IMG/VR virus record: IMGVR_UViG_3300009187_000027
Location: 1 to 61,352 of that record
From: a virus
Taxonomy: Duplodnaviria; Caudoviricetes
Length of the DNA stretch: 61,352 nt
Reading direction: 5' to 3' (one strand)
Shown piece by piece: positions 18,248 to 26,542 of this stretch (the first letter of the stretch is position 1; each line of letters starts with the position of its first letter). Made by a program: the position numbers and the translations under genes. A model generated the notes under the pieces. It did not search any database, had not been told where the DNA came from, and was given only the letters and a program-made list of their open reading frames with translations.

Positions 18248-18775
18248 TCAGCAACTCGGCAGTGCCGAGAACACTGCACTCGCCGCGATGTCCTTGCCCT
18301 GCCGCTGAACCGAGCGGAGGGTGGAGCCCCGGCAGAAATTCGACTGCCTCTCCCCGCACTCATCGACCCGAGAGAGGTACTTCACGAACACGGTCTTCAC
18401 CTTCACGCCCTTGACCGCTCGCTCCATGACACGCATCTCCACGGTGCGGATGGTGCCACAGCCCTCGATCACCTCGACCTCGATCACCCTGCCGCCGAGG
18501 CCCACGCCACGAATGTCTGCCCGCCAGCAGAGCATGTGCCACTCGGGCTGGTCGTGCATGCAACGCACGGTGTAGGTGGCACCCATGATCGCCCTCTTCC
18601 AGCCGATGCGACCGAACTTCTTCCAGCCCTCCTCAGTGGAGAGGCTGGCCTCGCATCGCGACAGCAACTTGGTGCGGGTCACGGCGAACTTCGTGCCCCC
18701 ATACCAGTGGAAACCGCCCATGTTTGGGCTCGTCGTGATCCACCACCTCGACTTGTCTCGCGTCTTGCCCATCAC
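18248..18775 (-). CDS. Hypothetical protein
   Basis: Coupled to upstream stop; own stop fused to the 13-mer repeat. Confidence 0.65.
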   Translation of the reverse strand: MMGKTRDKSRWWITTSPNMGGFHWYGGTKFAVTRTKLLSRCEASLSTEEGWKKFGRIGWKRAIMGATYTVRCMHDQPEWHMLCWRADIRGVGLGGRVIEVEVIEGCGTIRTVEMRVMERAVKGVKVKTVFVKYLSRVDECGERQSNFCRGSTLRSVQRQGKDIAASAVFSALPSC

Positions 18776-19179
18776 TAGCCCTCCCCGGATGTGTCAATGG
18801 TCACGTTGCCGAACTTCAATTGCCCGTCCTCGCTCTCGCTGACAAAAGGGAACGGGATGTCCACGATCTGCCCCAGTTTCTTGACCTTGGCCTTCGTCTT
18901 TCGGTCAAGGTGCGAAGCCTTGACGCAGCCGATGGTTCCAGAGTCAACGCTGTACTCCCGACCCTCGTTGTCCTCGTAGATCCCGTCGCCATACGCGGTG
19001 CCGTGATAGGCCACCTCGATGCCGCCCTTCAGAACGAACCTGCCCTCAAAACATTTGTTTCGATTGGGCCCGGTTCGGATTGGGTACATGAGTTTCAGCA
19101 ACTCGTCCCACTGTGCGTCGGTCAGCACATAGCACAGATCACCGACGTAGTACCTTCCTTCAGGCATTCGCTCGCTCAT
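18775..19179 (-). CDS. Conserved phage hypothetical protein (DUF4241-like)
   Basis: YYVGDLCYV...TAYGDG.Y...VDSGTIGC; GGAGG RBS. Confidence 0.7.
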   Translation of the reverse strand: MSERMPEGRYYVGDLCYVLTDAQWDELLKLMYPIRTGPNRNKCFEGRFVLKGGIEVAYHGTAYGDGIYEDNEGREYSVDSGTIGCVKASHLDRKTKAKVKKLGQIVDIPFPFVSESEDGQLKFGNVTIDTSGEG

Positions 19180-19269
19180 CTCGTTGTCCTCCAGAAACAC
19201 AGCGACCCCGGTCAGGTAACGCACCTGCCGGGGTCGCTGTTGGTTGTGTCTTCCGAATCAATCAGCCAA

Positions 19270-19509
19270 TCATGCGATGCCGACGATCTCCATCGCCCGC
19301 TCCGCATGGTCTCTCTCGCACCACGCTACCGCCTCCGCCTTGGTCTTGACCAGCGGCGGGTAGATCGCCTTGTTGCCCTCATGCCTCGCCGCCTGCCAGC
19401 CCTTGAAGGGGGCCGGTCGGAGGGCATAGGTCACGCCACCTCCAGCATCCGCCTCCCACCAGCGTCGATCCGAGCCGATGTAGTACCGCCGCCTCCAACT
19501 CAGCATCAC
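19270..19509 (-). CDS. Hypothetical protein
   Basis: GGAGG RBS; stop fused to repeat. Confidence 0.65.
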   Translation of the reverse strand: MMLSWRRRYYIGSDRRWWEADAGGGVTYALRPAPFKGWQAARHEGNKAIYPPLVKTKAEAVAWCERDHAERAMEIVGIA

Positions 19510-19859
19510 TCACCTCCCTTCACGATGGAGTCCACCTCGTCGGTCATCGAACGCAGTAGGGTGCGGGCAGCGTCAGCCACCTCGCGGTGCCGCTCGTAGT
19601 CCCGCTCGATGCAGTCGGTCACCCGCTCAACGAGCCAGTGAACCCAGCGATCCCCGTTGCAAAGTTGCACTTGCCGGTGCAACTCACGCAGCATGGCGAT
19701 CAGCGGGTTCTTGCCAACGAACCCGTCCTCCCGCATCCACTGGCGGATTGCATCAATCTGCCGGTACACGCCGACTTCTGTGAACGCCTCAGTCTTCGTC
19801 CACTTCACGAACCTCTCGACCATCGCATCGCTAACGTCATACGTTGAACGCTTCGCCAT
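19506..19859 (-). CDS. Hypothetical protein
   Basis: AAGGA RBS downstream of repeat. Confidence 0.7.
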   Translation of the reverse strand: MAKRSTYDVSDAMVERFVKWTKTEAFTEVGVYRQIDAIRQWMREDGFVGKNPLIAMLRELHRQVQLCNGDRWVHWLVERVTDCIERDYERHREVADAARTLLRSMTDEVDSIVKGGE

Positions 19860-19909
19860 TGCATCATCCTTTCCTGTTGGGGTTGAATCGATCCAGAACA
19901 ATCAGCCAA

Positions 19910-20497
19910 TCACGAACGCTTTGCCTCCAGCACCACCCACTTCTGTGCCGCATCTTCCAGCGACATTGCGAAGTAGTTCTCGCCACGCAGCACGACCTGT
20001 TCCAGCACCCGCCCCGCCTCATCGCAGGTGGCGGCGACGATCTCGTTGAACTCAGCCAACGATTCGACGCTGCCGAGGCACAACTTCAGGTTGAGCGTCT
20101 GGCCCATCAGCGGAAGGGCATCCATCAGATCACCGAAACTGTCATCGCCCCGGTCGAATGAGAACCGAGCCTTCTCGCAGGCGGCGTATGCCTTGCGCGT
20201 GTAGTGCGACCACGACAGGGCGAAGTGAACCGCCGCCGCGAAATCGCCACCACCCACCACGGCACACCTGAAGAACTCGTCCGCCGCCGCCTCAACGTAG
20301 CCCTCCTTCCGATGCGTCATCGTGTCGAGCAGCACCTCGCGGAACCGCACGACCACATGCCAGAAGTGTTCCGGCTGCATGGGAGGGACGCCACGCTTGA
20401 AGTCCATGAAATTCTCATCGAACTCAGACCGGGCATCGCTGAACGCCTTGGCCTGCTTCATGATCTTGCTGGTCAGGATGCTCGTTGCTTTCGTCAT
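19910..20497 (-). CDS. Hypothetical protein
   Basis: AAGGAG RBS; stop fused to repeat. Confidence 0.7.
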   Translation of the reverse strand: MTKATSILTSKIMKQAKAFSDARSEFDENFMDFKRGVPPMQPEHFWHVVVRFREVLLDTMTHRKEGYVEAAADEFFRCAVVGGGDFAAAVHFALSWSHYTRKAYAACEKARFSFDRGDDSFGDLMDALPLMGQTLNLKLCLGSVESLAEFNEIVAATCDEAGRVLEQVVLRGENYFAMSLEDAAQKWVVLEAKRS

Positions 20498-20541
20498 CGT
20501 CAGTCTCCTTTGGAGGGTGTGAATCGAACCCGTCAAACCAA

Positions 20542-21105
20542 TCAGCCACGCGGACGGCAGTCCCGAAACATCCAGACCGGGGAGGACTTGGTGCCGCCCA
20601 CCTTCATCGCACTGTGCATGGGCACGCCGAGCGCGCTGCGGCACAGTTCGTACACCTCGTAGTCGCTGCCCGCGTGGTGGCGTGGGCTGGACGGGTGATT
20701 GAGGATCACCATGCCGCCGTCACGCACGGCACGTCCGATCTGTTTGAGCGTTTCACGCATCATCGCCACCGAAGACTGCACGTTCATCACGTTCGATGCG
20801 AAGACGAGGTCGTACTCACCGGGGTGGATGATCAGCCCCGTGTAGTTCTTGCCGAAGTCGTACTCGTGAACCTTCGCCTCGGGGTGAGCCTTGCGGATCA
20901 TCTCCGAATGCAGGAAGTGCCCGTCCTTCCCCGGCTTCCCGGCACCGAAGTTGAGGATGTTGTGGAACCCGATGCGGTTGCCGACAGAATCGGCGTGTAG
21001 CAGGTCGATCACGACACGGGGGACAAGAGCGCGGGCACCAACGGCACCAGCACTACGGGCAGTGGCATTGGCACGAGCGATGTAGTCGAGGGTCATCGAT
21101 TTCAT
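20542..21105 (-). CDS. Class I SAM-dependent methyltransferase-like protein
   Basis: ILNFGAGK motif I; YDLVFASNVMNV. Confidence 0.7.
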   Translation of the reverse strand: MKSMTLDYIARANATARSAGAVGARALVPRVVIDLLHADSVGNRIGFHNILNFGAGKPGKDGHFLHSEMIRKAHPEAKVHEYDFGKNYTGLIIHPGEYDLVFASNVMNVQSSVAMMRETLKQIGRAVRDGGMVILNHPSSPRHHAGSDYEVYELCRSALGVPMHSAMKVGGTKSSPVWMFRDCRPRG

Positions 21106-21190
21106 TGGGGAGCCTCCGAAAACGCAGCGACCCCGGCGGGAAACGCTCCAGCCGGGGCCGCTGCAATGGGTGTTCAGATCAATCAGCCGA

Positions 21191-21670
21191 TCAGTCGCTG
21201 ATCACCACCGAGGTGACCTCGCATGCCACCATCCCTGCGTCGATGCCGAGGGCCAGCAGCACAGCCACCGCTGCATGGCACCCCGTTAAGGCGGCGATTG
21301 CCTCGTAGCAGTGGGCAATCGAGAGCATCAGCACAGCCACGCCGATGGCCCCGGTGATGCGAGCGAGGCTGTAGTGCCGCCGCCGATGGGTCAGCCCCGC
21401 CACCTTGCCCAGCAGCAGGACGAGCAGCGGGATGACGGCACCCAGCACGACCGCCGCCCACTGCAAACCCTCCGGGGCATGCCGCGATCCCGCCCACGCA
21501 TTCAGTGCCATCGACAGCACCGCCGAAACGGTGACGTAGAGCAGGCACCAGCGGGCCAGACCGTCACGCCGCCGGATGGTGGTGCGGGGGGGCTGCGTCT
21601 TCCGACGCCGAGACTTCTTCTCGGTGGTGACGGTGGTGACGGTGGGAATCCTGTTGATCGTGTCGATCAT
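21191..21670 (-). CDS. Four-helix membrane protein (DUF2637-like)
   Basis: Four hydrophobic segments, LS..N and GID motifs. Confidence 0.6.
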   Translation of the reverse strand: MIDTINRIPTVTTVTTEKKSRRRKTQPPRTTIRRRDGLARWCLLYVTVSAVLSMALNAWAGSRHAPEGLQWAAVVLGAVIPLLVLLLGKVAGLTHRRRHYSLARITGAIGVAVLMLSIAHCYEAIAALTGCHAAVAVLLALGIDAGMVACEVTSVVISD

Positions 21671-21764
21671 GTGGTGAACCTCCTGAAACGCGACAGGCCA
21701 CGAACTGGAACGCCCAGCCGTGGCCTGCCGCAGTGTGTGTGTCCGAACCAATCAGCCGAACGGA

Positions 21765-22742
21765 TCAATGGCAGCCGATAGCCACCACTCCGGGGAAGAC
21801 GAACGTGCCATCGGCTTTCTTCGCACCGCATGCATGGGCGTTCTCGCCCTTGTGCGTCACGCAGGCACCGCACTTGCCCGAGCAGGACAATGCCCGCTCG
21901 TAGCCCAGAGCCCGAGCGGCTTCACGCACCGCCCGGTGATACTCAGGATCGTCGTAGCGGTCGTAGCCCTTGGCCTTCCGCATGAACTTCTTGTCGATGT
22001 ACACCGACAGAAACCGCTCACGGGTCACGGGCAGACCGAGCATCTTCTCCATGAATTCGGCATCGCCGTCGTAGATCGATCCGCTCGACACGTTTAGAAC
22101 GTAGTTGTCGGGGAACGCGGCACCCGTGGCATGCCAATCCATGAACAGCCCCCACGACTTGGAGTACCCGTAGCACAGAACGTCGGGCCGCTGGCGGAGC
22201 ATGTTCCACCAGAATTGCATGGTCGAGAGGGAATCGAAATCGCCGTCAACGTACAGCCGGAACGTGATGTCCACGGGCAGCACCTTGAATGCGTCGATGA
22301 TCGCCCGCCGATTGAACCGCAGCAGCAGGGTATTCATGAGTTGCCGCAGATAGCCGCCGGGCGTCCGCCATGCTTTCTTGGAGTAGCACCACTTGGCACA
22401 ATCGCCCGCACCTGGGCATGTGACGATGGGCAACGCCGAGAACGCCACGAACGGCAATTTCATGTTGCCATGCATGGCGAAGATGGCGAACGGCAGACCG
22501 CCGTCCCGCATGCACTGGACGAACCGCAGCATCTCTTCACGCCATCCCCGAGGGGTAGCGGAACCGGCACGGCGGGCAGCCTTGCGATTCCTCTTCTTCT
22601 GCGATGCACCGGGCAGTGTGATCGGCAGAGTGAGAGCGACAGCCTCGATGCATGCCAGTGCATCATCGAGCGTTTCAGCCCGCATGCACTGCCATGCCAG
22701 ATCGAGGGCACGTTGATTCGAGAACTTGGGAGCGTAGCCCAT
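21765..22742 (-). CDS. GP88-like Cys-rich (Fe-S/radical-SAM-like) protein
   Basis: GNMKL...TCPGAGDCAKWCY, FRLYVDGDF, YGYSKS, C-terminal CSGKCGAC. Confidence 0.7.
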   Translation of the reverse strand: MGYAPKFSNQRALDLAWQCMRAETLDDALACIEAVALTLPITLPGASQKKRNRKAARRAGSATPRGWREEMLRFVQCMRDGGLPFAIFAMHGNMKLPFVAFSALPIVTCPGAGDCAKWCYSKKAWRTPGGYLRQLMNTLLLRFNRRAIIDAFKVLPVDITFRLYVDGDFDSLSTMQFWWNMLRQRPDVLCYGYSKSWGLFMDWHATGAAFPDNYVLNVSSGSIYDGDAEFMEKMLGLPVTRERFLSVYIDKKFMRKAKGYDRYDDPEYHRAVREAARALGYERALSCSGKCGACVTHKGENAHACGAKKADGTFVFPGVVAIGCH

Positions 22743-22835
22743 GTGAGCCTCCATGAAACGCGACAGCCCGCAGCATGGAAACGCTCCACGCTGCGGGCTG
22801 TCGGGGTGTGCAAAACAATCAGCCGAATGAACGAA

Positions 22836-23162
22836 TCAGCGGGGGCGGGCAACGACCTCATGCCCGCCGCGATTCACCTCGATCATGCCGCCCTCGGCGG
22901 CGGCATCGCAGAGGGCGTCGAGGCAGCCCAAGGAGATGATCTTGTCGGTGTAGTCCTCGCCGCCCCTGCAATACTTCATCGAAGCATGCTGTTCCCCGAC
23001 GGCGAGACTGCGGAGCGTCGGAGACACACAATGCTCGATCACATCGTCGCTCCACGTTCCACTCCAATGCTGTTGAATGTGGTCGAGCAGTTGGGAGAGG
23101 TTGCAGACGTATCGGCGGACGCTGTGGGTCTGATGCTCAACGGTGACGAGAAGGAATCGCAT
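22836..23162 (-). CDS. Hypothetical protein (first gene of the accessory array)
   Basis: AGGAGA RBS downstream of repeat. Confidence 0.65.
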   Translation of the reverse strand: MRFLLVTVEHQTHSVRRYVCNLSQLLDHIQQHWSGTWSDDVIEHCVSPTLRSLAVGEQHASMKYCRGGEDYTDKIISLGCLDALCDAAAEGGMIEVNRGGHEVVARPR

Positions 23163-24033
23163 GGTGGTGTTCTCCTGTTTGGGTGTTTGGGTCTCACAGA
23201 ACAATCAGCCAATCCCAAAAGCCCACTAGGCTTGTCGCATGCTGCGACGGTCTTGCCATAAACCTTGTGCGGGGTCGTGGTGACACGGGCCGCGATGGCT
23301 GGTCGAAAATGGATGACGGTTTGGGTCTTCGCTGGGACATAAACCAAGCGAGAGACTTTGGGATCGCGGTACGCACATTCGGCCCCGCGTTCCGTTGCGG
23401 TCGTGCGGAAGTCCTTGCCCCGCCGCGAGTTGCGTCCGACCCCCGGCCCGGCCCCCCGCCGCATCGGCCCCCATATAACGCTCGCCCTCGCTATTTTTCC
23501 CCAAAAAACCTCATCGCCGCAGCGCATCTAAACCAAGCCCTCTCGCTGCCCGCCAAAAGCCCGATTGCTGAACAGGCGTTCACTTACCCTCCCCAGACCT
23601 GAACGCCCGTCTAATCGCATCCTAGAGCCTCACAGAGGCATGCCCGTCTTCGCCACCCTCTCTCCACAACATTGGCATGGAGGAGACATGGAGTACGCAG
23701 AAGAGTGGGACGAGCAGGACGATGCCCTCAGTGAACTCATCGAGTTCCTCTGAGCCGCTTGATCGCGACCGTCGCTACTTCGGAGACCCGTATGACCTCT
23801 TCACCGGCAGCCAGCCGTTCGGTGACCCCAACGCATGGCTCCCAGAGTCGGTGGACGCCAAGTCGCACTCGTTGCTCTATCCGCTGGGCATGGGCTGGTC
23901 GGAGTTCCGCCCTCCTGTGATCGAGCCCGCAGCCCCTGCGGAGCCGTCGAGCATTTCCCTTGCCATCTTCGCCATCGCCATCCTCTGGCTCATGGCTGTG
24001 CGTGATTTCATCCTCGCAAGAATTTTTGACCGT

Positions 24034-24059
24034 CGATCTGTTGACCTCACTCGTAGGCT
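24034..24059 (+). promoter_or_regulatory. Short-spacer promoter-like element D, upstream of ssb
   Basis: CGATCTG TTGACC TCACTCG TAGGCT, ending 47 nt before the ATG. Confidence 0.6.
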
Positions 24060-24106
24060 GGGTGAGAACGGGACGCGAGAGCCCGTGACACCCAGAGGAG
24101 AGAGCA

Positions 24107-24478
24107 ATGATCGAGGCGACAGTGGTCGGCAACGTGGGCCAGAAGCCCGAACTTCGTGAGACCAAGACCGGGAAGGTGATGTGCCGGTTCTCGGTGGCAT
24201 CGACCTACAAGTCCAAGCAGGGGGAAGAGGGCACCACAACGTGGGTCTCTGTCCTCTGCTTCGATGAGATGGCTGCCGAGGTGGCTGCCAAGGCTGACAA
24301 GGGCCAGCGTGTCGTGGTGACCGGCAGGCTGGAACTGGAGAAGTACGAAAAGGATGGCGTCGAGCGGCAGTCGCTGACGATGCTCGCCAACGAGGTCGGG
24401 CTCTCGCTGCGGTTCCCGCCGCGTGGTGCCAAGCCGAAGAACGCTGATCCCGAGGCGGAGTGGACTTCGCCCTTCTAG
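24107..24478 (+). CDS. ssb: Single-stranded DNA-binding protein
   Basis: VVGNVGQKPELRET..G, FSVA, KGQRVVVTGRL, C-terminal ...SPF. Confidence 0.93.
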   Translation: MIEATVVGNVGQKPELRETKTGKVMCRFSVASTYKSKQGEEGTTTWVSVLCFDEMAAEVAAKADKGQRVVVTGRLELEKYEKDGVERQSLTMLANEVGLSLRFPPRGAKPKNADPEAEWTSPF

Positions 24479-24501
24479 GACTCCTGTGGGGGAGGTGAGC
24501 C

Positions 24502-24750
24502 GTGCGTCAGAAGGAACTGACCTTTTTGAGGACTTTGCTCAAGCAGCCCTCATGCGGCATAGACGCCGACACGGCTCGCCTCCTTTGCCTTCTCGGTGCC
24601 TCAGTGGTTTTGGGCACCAACGCGATCCCCATGTGGTTAGAGGTCTCGATTGAGCGGCACATCCGAGGATTCGATGCGGCGGGAGATAGAGCGTCTCCGC
24701 AAGGAAGTCGAGAGACTGAGGGAACTTCTACGAAAGGCTGGCTGGCCTGA
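24502..24750 (+). CDS. Hypothetical protein
   Basis: GGAGG RBS; stop overlaps next start. Confidence 0.5.
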   Translation: MRQKELTFLRTLLKQPSCGIDADTARLLCLLGASVVLGTNAIPMWLEVSIERHIRGFDAAGDRASPQGSRETEGTSTKGWLA

Positions 24751-25223
24751 TGTTTGACGAGATCAAGGAAGACCTCGCTGAATTGAACCCGTTTGCCCTG
24801 CTGGCTGTGGGTCTTGAGGACGCCCTGATCGGCTACACCCTCAACCACCACGACCCGATTCGGGCGGTCTACGACTACAACAAGTGCCTCCGAGTCCTGA
24901 TGGAGCGGGACGGCATGGACGCGGAGGGTGCCGATGAGTTCCTCTCGTTCAACACCCTTGGTGCCTTTGTCGGCACCGATGGCCCGCTGTACGTCCGACT
25001 GCCCGACCTTGAGGAAGAGGTTAAGAGGCTCACCGACGAGGAGCGTGAGGCTGTGGATATTGCGTGTATGAATCTTGCGGAGACAGTCCGCAGGGGGCGA
25101 CAGAAGCAGGACGAGTACATGCAAGAGGGAGATTTGGAGGGGGGCAAGTGGACAGAGAAGGGTGTAGTTTCTCTGGTTCAAGCCCGCGACACGCTCCGCT
25201 CGCTGCTGGAGAGGCTGAAATGA
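24750..25223 (+). CDS. Conserved phage hypothetical protein
   Basis: GLEDALIG...AVYDY.KC...DGM....A.EF..FN..GA.VG. Confidence 0.75.
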   Translation: MFDEIKEDLAELNPFALLAVGLEDALIGYTLNHHDPIRAVYDYNKCLRVLMERDGMDAEGADEFLSFNTLGAFVGTDGPLYVRLPDLEEEVKRLTDEEREAVDIACMNLAETVRRGRQKQDEYMQEGDLEGGKWTEKGVVSLVQARDTLRSLLERLK

Positions 25224-25651
25224 GTGAACCCGTAGAACATGCCGCAGGCACAGACATCACCGCCCGCCTCACCACATGGTGCCACGCTCCACAGGCGGCG
25301 TCGGCTCAAGACATCATGGACGAGGCGGCGAGGGAGATTGAGCGGCTGCGCTGCGTTACAAAACCTCTGCCAAAAGAAATTTGGGCAGAGCATTCGTTAC
25401 ACCCCACCGACGAGGAGCGGCGAGTCCTGCGCGATCTGCGAGACAGTTACGCCGCCGAAGACGATCAGGAGTGCAACCGGATCGCGTCGGTGCTGCACGG
25501 GCTTCTGGAGAGGCTGAACTGCCGAGAGAACTTCGGTAGTTCGCCACACCTCTCCGAGCGTGACCGGGACTTACTCCGGTTCGCCGCCAACACCATCGGG
25601 GATGCTGACTGCTCAGAACTCTTCCGCAGGCTGCTGCGGGTTCTTGGTTAG
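25220..25651 (+). CDS. Hypothetical protein
   Basis: ATGA overlap; EAAREIERLR. Confidence 0.6.
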   Translation: MSEPVEHAAGTDITARLTTWCHAPQAASAQDIMDEAAREIERLRCVTKPLPKEIWAEHSLHPTDEERRVLRDLRDSYAAEDDQECNRIASVLHGLLERLNCRENFGSSPHLSERDRDLLRFAANTIGDADCSELFRRLLRVLG

Positions 25652-26542
25652 CCCCGACAAAGCACCCGCCGCCATGACCGATGGCACCTGAACCCCACGC
25701 CTGAAGAGAACCTCTTTGAGTTGGTCGGGAAGGGAGTTGTACATCCGGTACGCCAGCAGGCTCATGGTTGGCTGGTAGCCGGTGTTCTGGAGTCTCTGCA
25801 ACCCAGCGACCCGATACCAGTTCCACGCCCGAGCAAATTCCTCTGGCGTCTTGGGGAGCCTGCCCATCTCAAGGGCGTACACCCGGCGAACCTCTGCGAG
25901 CCGTGGATCGACCTCCTGCCGCTCAAACAGGTAGTCGGTCAGTTCCTTCTGGCCCTTGCCGTACTTTCTGCCCTTCCCAGAAAGTGGAATGTTCGCGGCT
26001 GCGGCTCTCCGAGCCTCAGTGTTGATGTCGCCCACGCCCCACGGCGGCACTGAAGCCTCCAACTGCTTCAGCGGATCACTCAGGAGGCCAGCATGCGTGG
26101 ATTCGTGCCCAATCGTCATGGGGCTGTCTGGGTTGACCACATCGTGGTTCAAGACGATCCGCTTACCACCGTTAGGCATCCTGTCGTAGTGAGCGACAGT
26201 CGTGGGCTCTAGGGGATCGCTGAATCGATAGTCGGAGATCACCCGAATCGGTGCGTCAGCGTCCGACTGCGAAAACGCCCCGTACCTGTCGTTCACCCCG
26301 TACTGACCGGGGAGCCCCTTTTGGCGGATATTGTCCACGCTTGCATCAATGGCGGCATCTACGCCGCCGTCGATGTTGGCGTACCACGGGGCAATGGCTT
26401 GCCGAAACGTGGTCACTGGGGCTTCGCCTTGCCCCGCAGCCTTGAGGGCTTTCCGAACGACATCGAGGGGTTGAGAGAAGTCCCCTTCGATGACATCCAG
26501 CGGCTGGGCTAGGTTGCGGACGGCACGATCAATAACCCCCAT
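25613..26542 (-). CDS. HExxH-containing protein, possibly virion-associated
   Basis: HESTH, later E..RL; coupled to upstream gene. Confidence 0.65.
   Translation of the reverse strand: MGVIDRAVRNLAQPLDVIEGDFSQPLDVVRKALKAAGQGEAPVTTFRQAIAPWYANIDGGVDAAIDASVDNIRQKGLPGQYGVNDRYGAFSQSDADAPIRVISDYRFSDPLEPTTVAHYDRMPNGGKRIVLNHDVVNPDSPMTIGHESTHAGLLSDPLKQLEASVPPWGVGDINTEARRAAAANIPLSGKGRKYGKGQKELTDYLFERQEVDPRLAEVRRVYALEMGRLPKTPEEFARAWNWYRVAGLQRLQNTGYQPTMSLLAYRMYNSLPDQLKEVLFRRGVQVPSVMAAGALSGLTKNPQQPAEEF

Larger units (their letters stand above)
17206..22803 (-). promoter_or_regulatory. Five intergenic hairpins with a G(C/T)GTT loop
   Basis: 17206-17228, 19199-19240, 21124-21164, 21690-21731, 22761-22803. 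Confidence 0.85.
16043..23214 (-). repeat. Ten oriented intergenic copies of GATTGGCTGATTG (GGCTGATTG invariant)
   Basis: Plus-strand CAATCAGCC at 16043, 17233, 18237, 19259, 19899, 20539, 21180, 21749, 22816, 23202. Confidence 0.95.

Noticed and set aside
20505-20535. tRNA or tRNA-derived attP (GGGTTCGATTC on minus strand; similar near 17195)
   Set aside because: T-loop-like word without a pairing T-stem or cloverleaf
19199-22803. Classical integron attC sites
   Set aside because: No consistent RYYYAAC/GTTRRRY boxes; G-U pattern favours RNA; the integrase is distant and shows no evident IntI-specific insertion
16043-23214. CRISPR array interpretation of the repeats
   Set aside because: Repeats are 9-13 nt separated by whole genes of variable length; no cas genes recognised
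23677-24159. 160-aa ORF upstream of ssb
   Set aside because: No clear RBS or motif, and overlaps the ssb start and element D; coding status unresolved, so not listed as a feature
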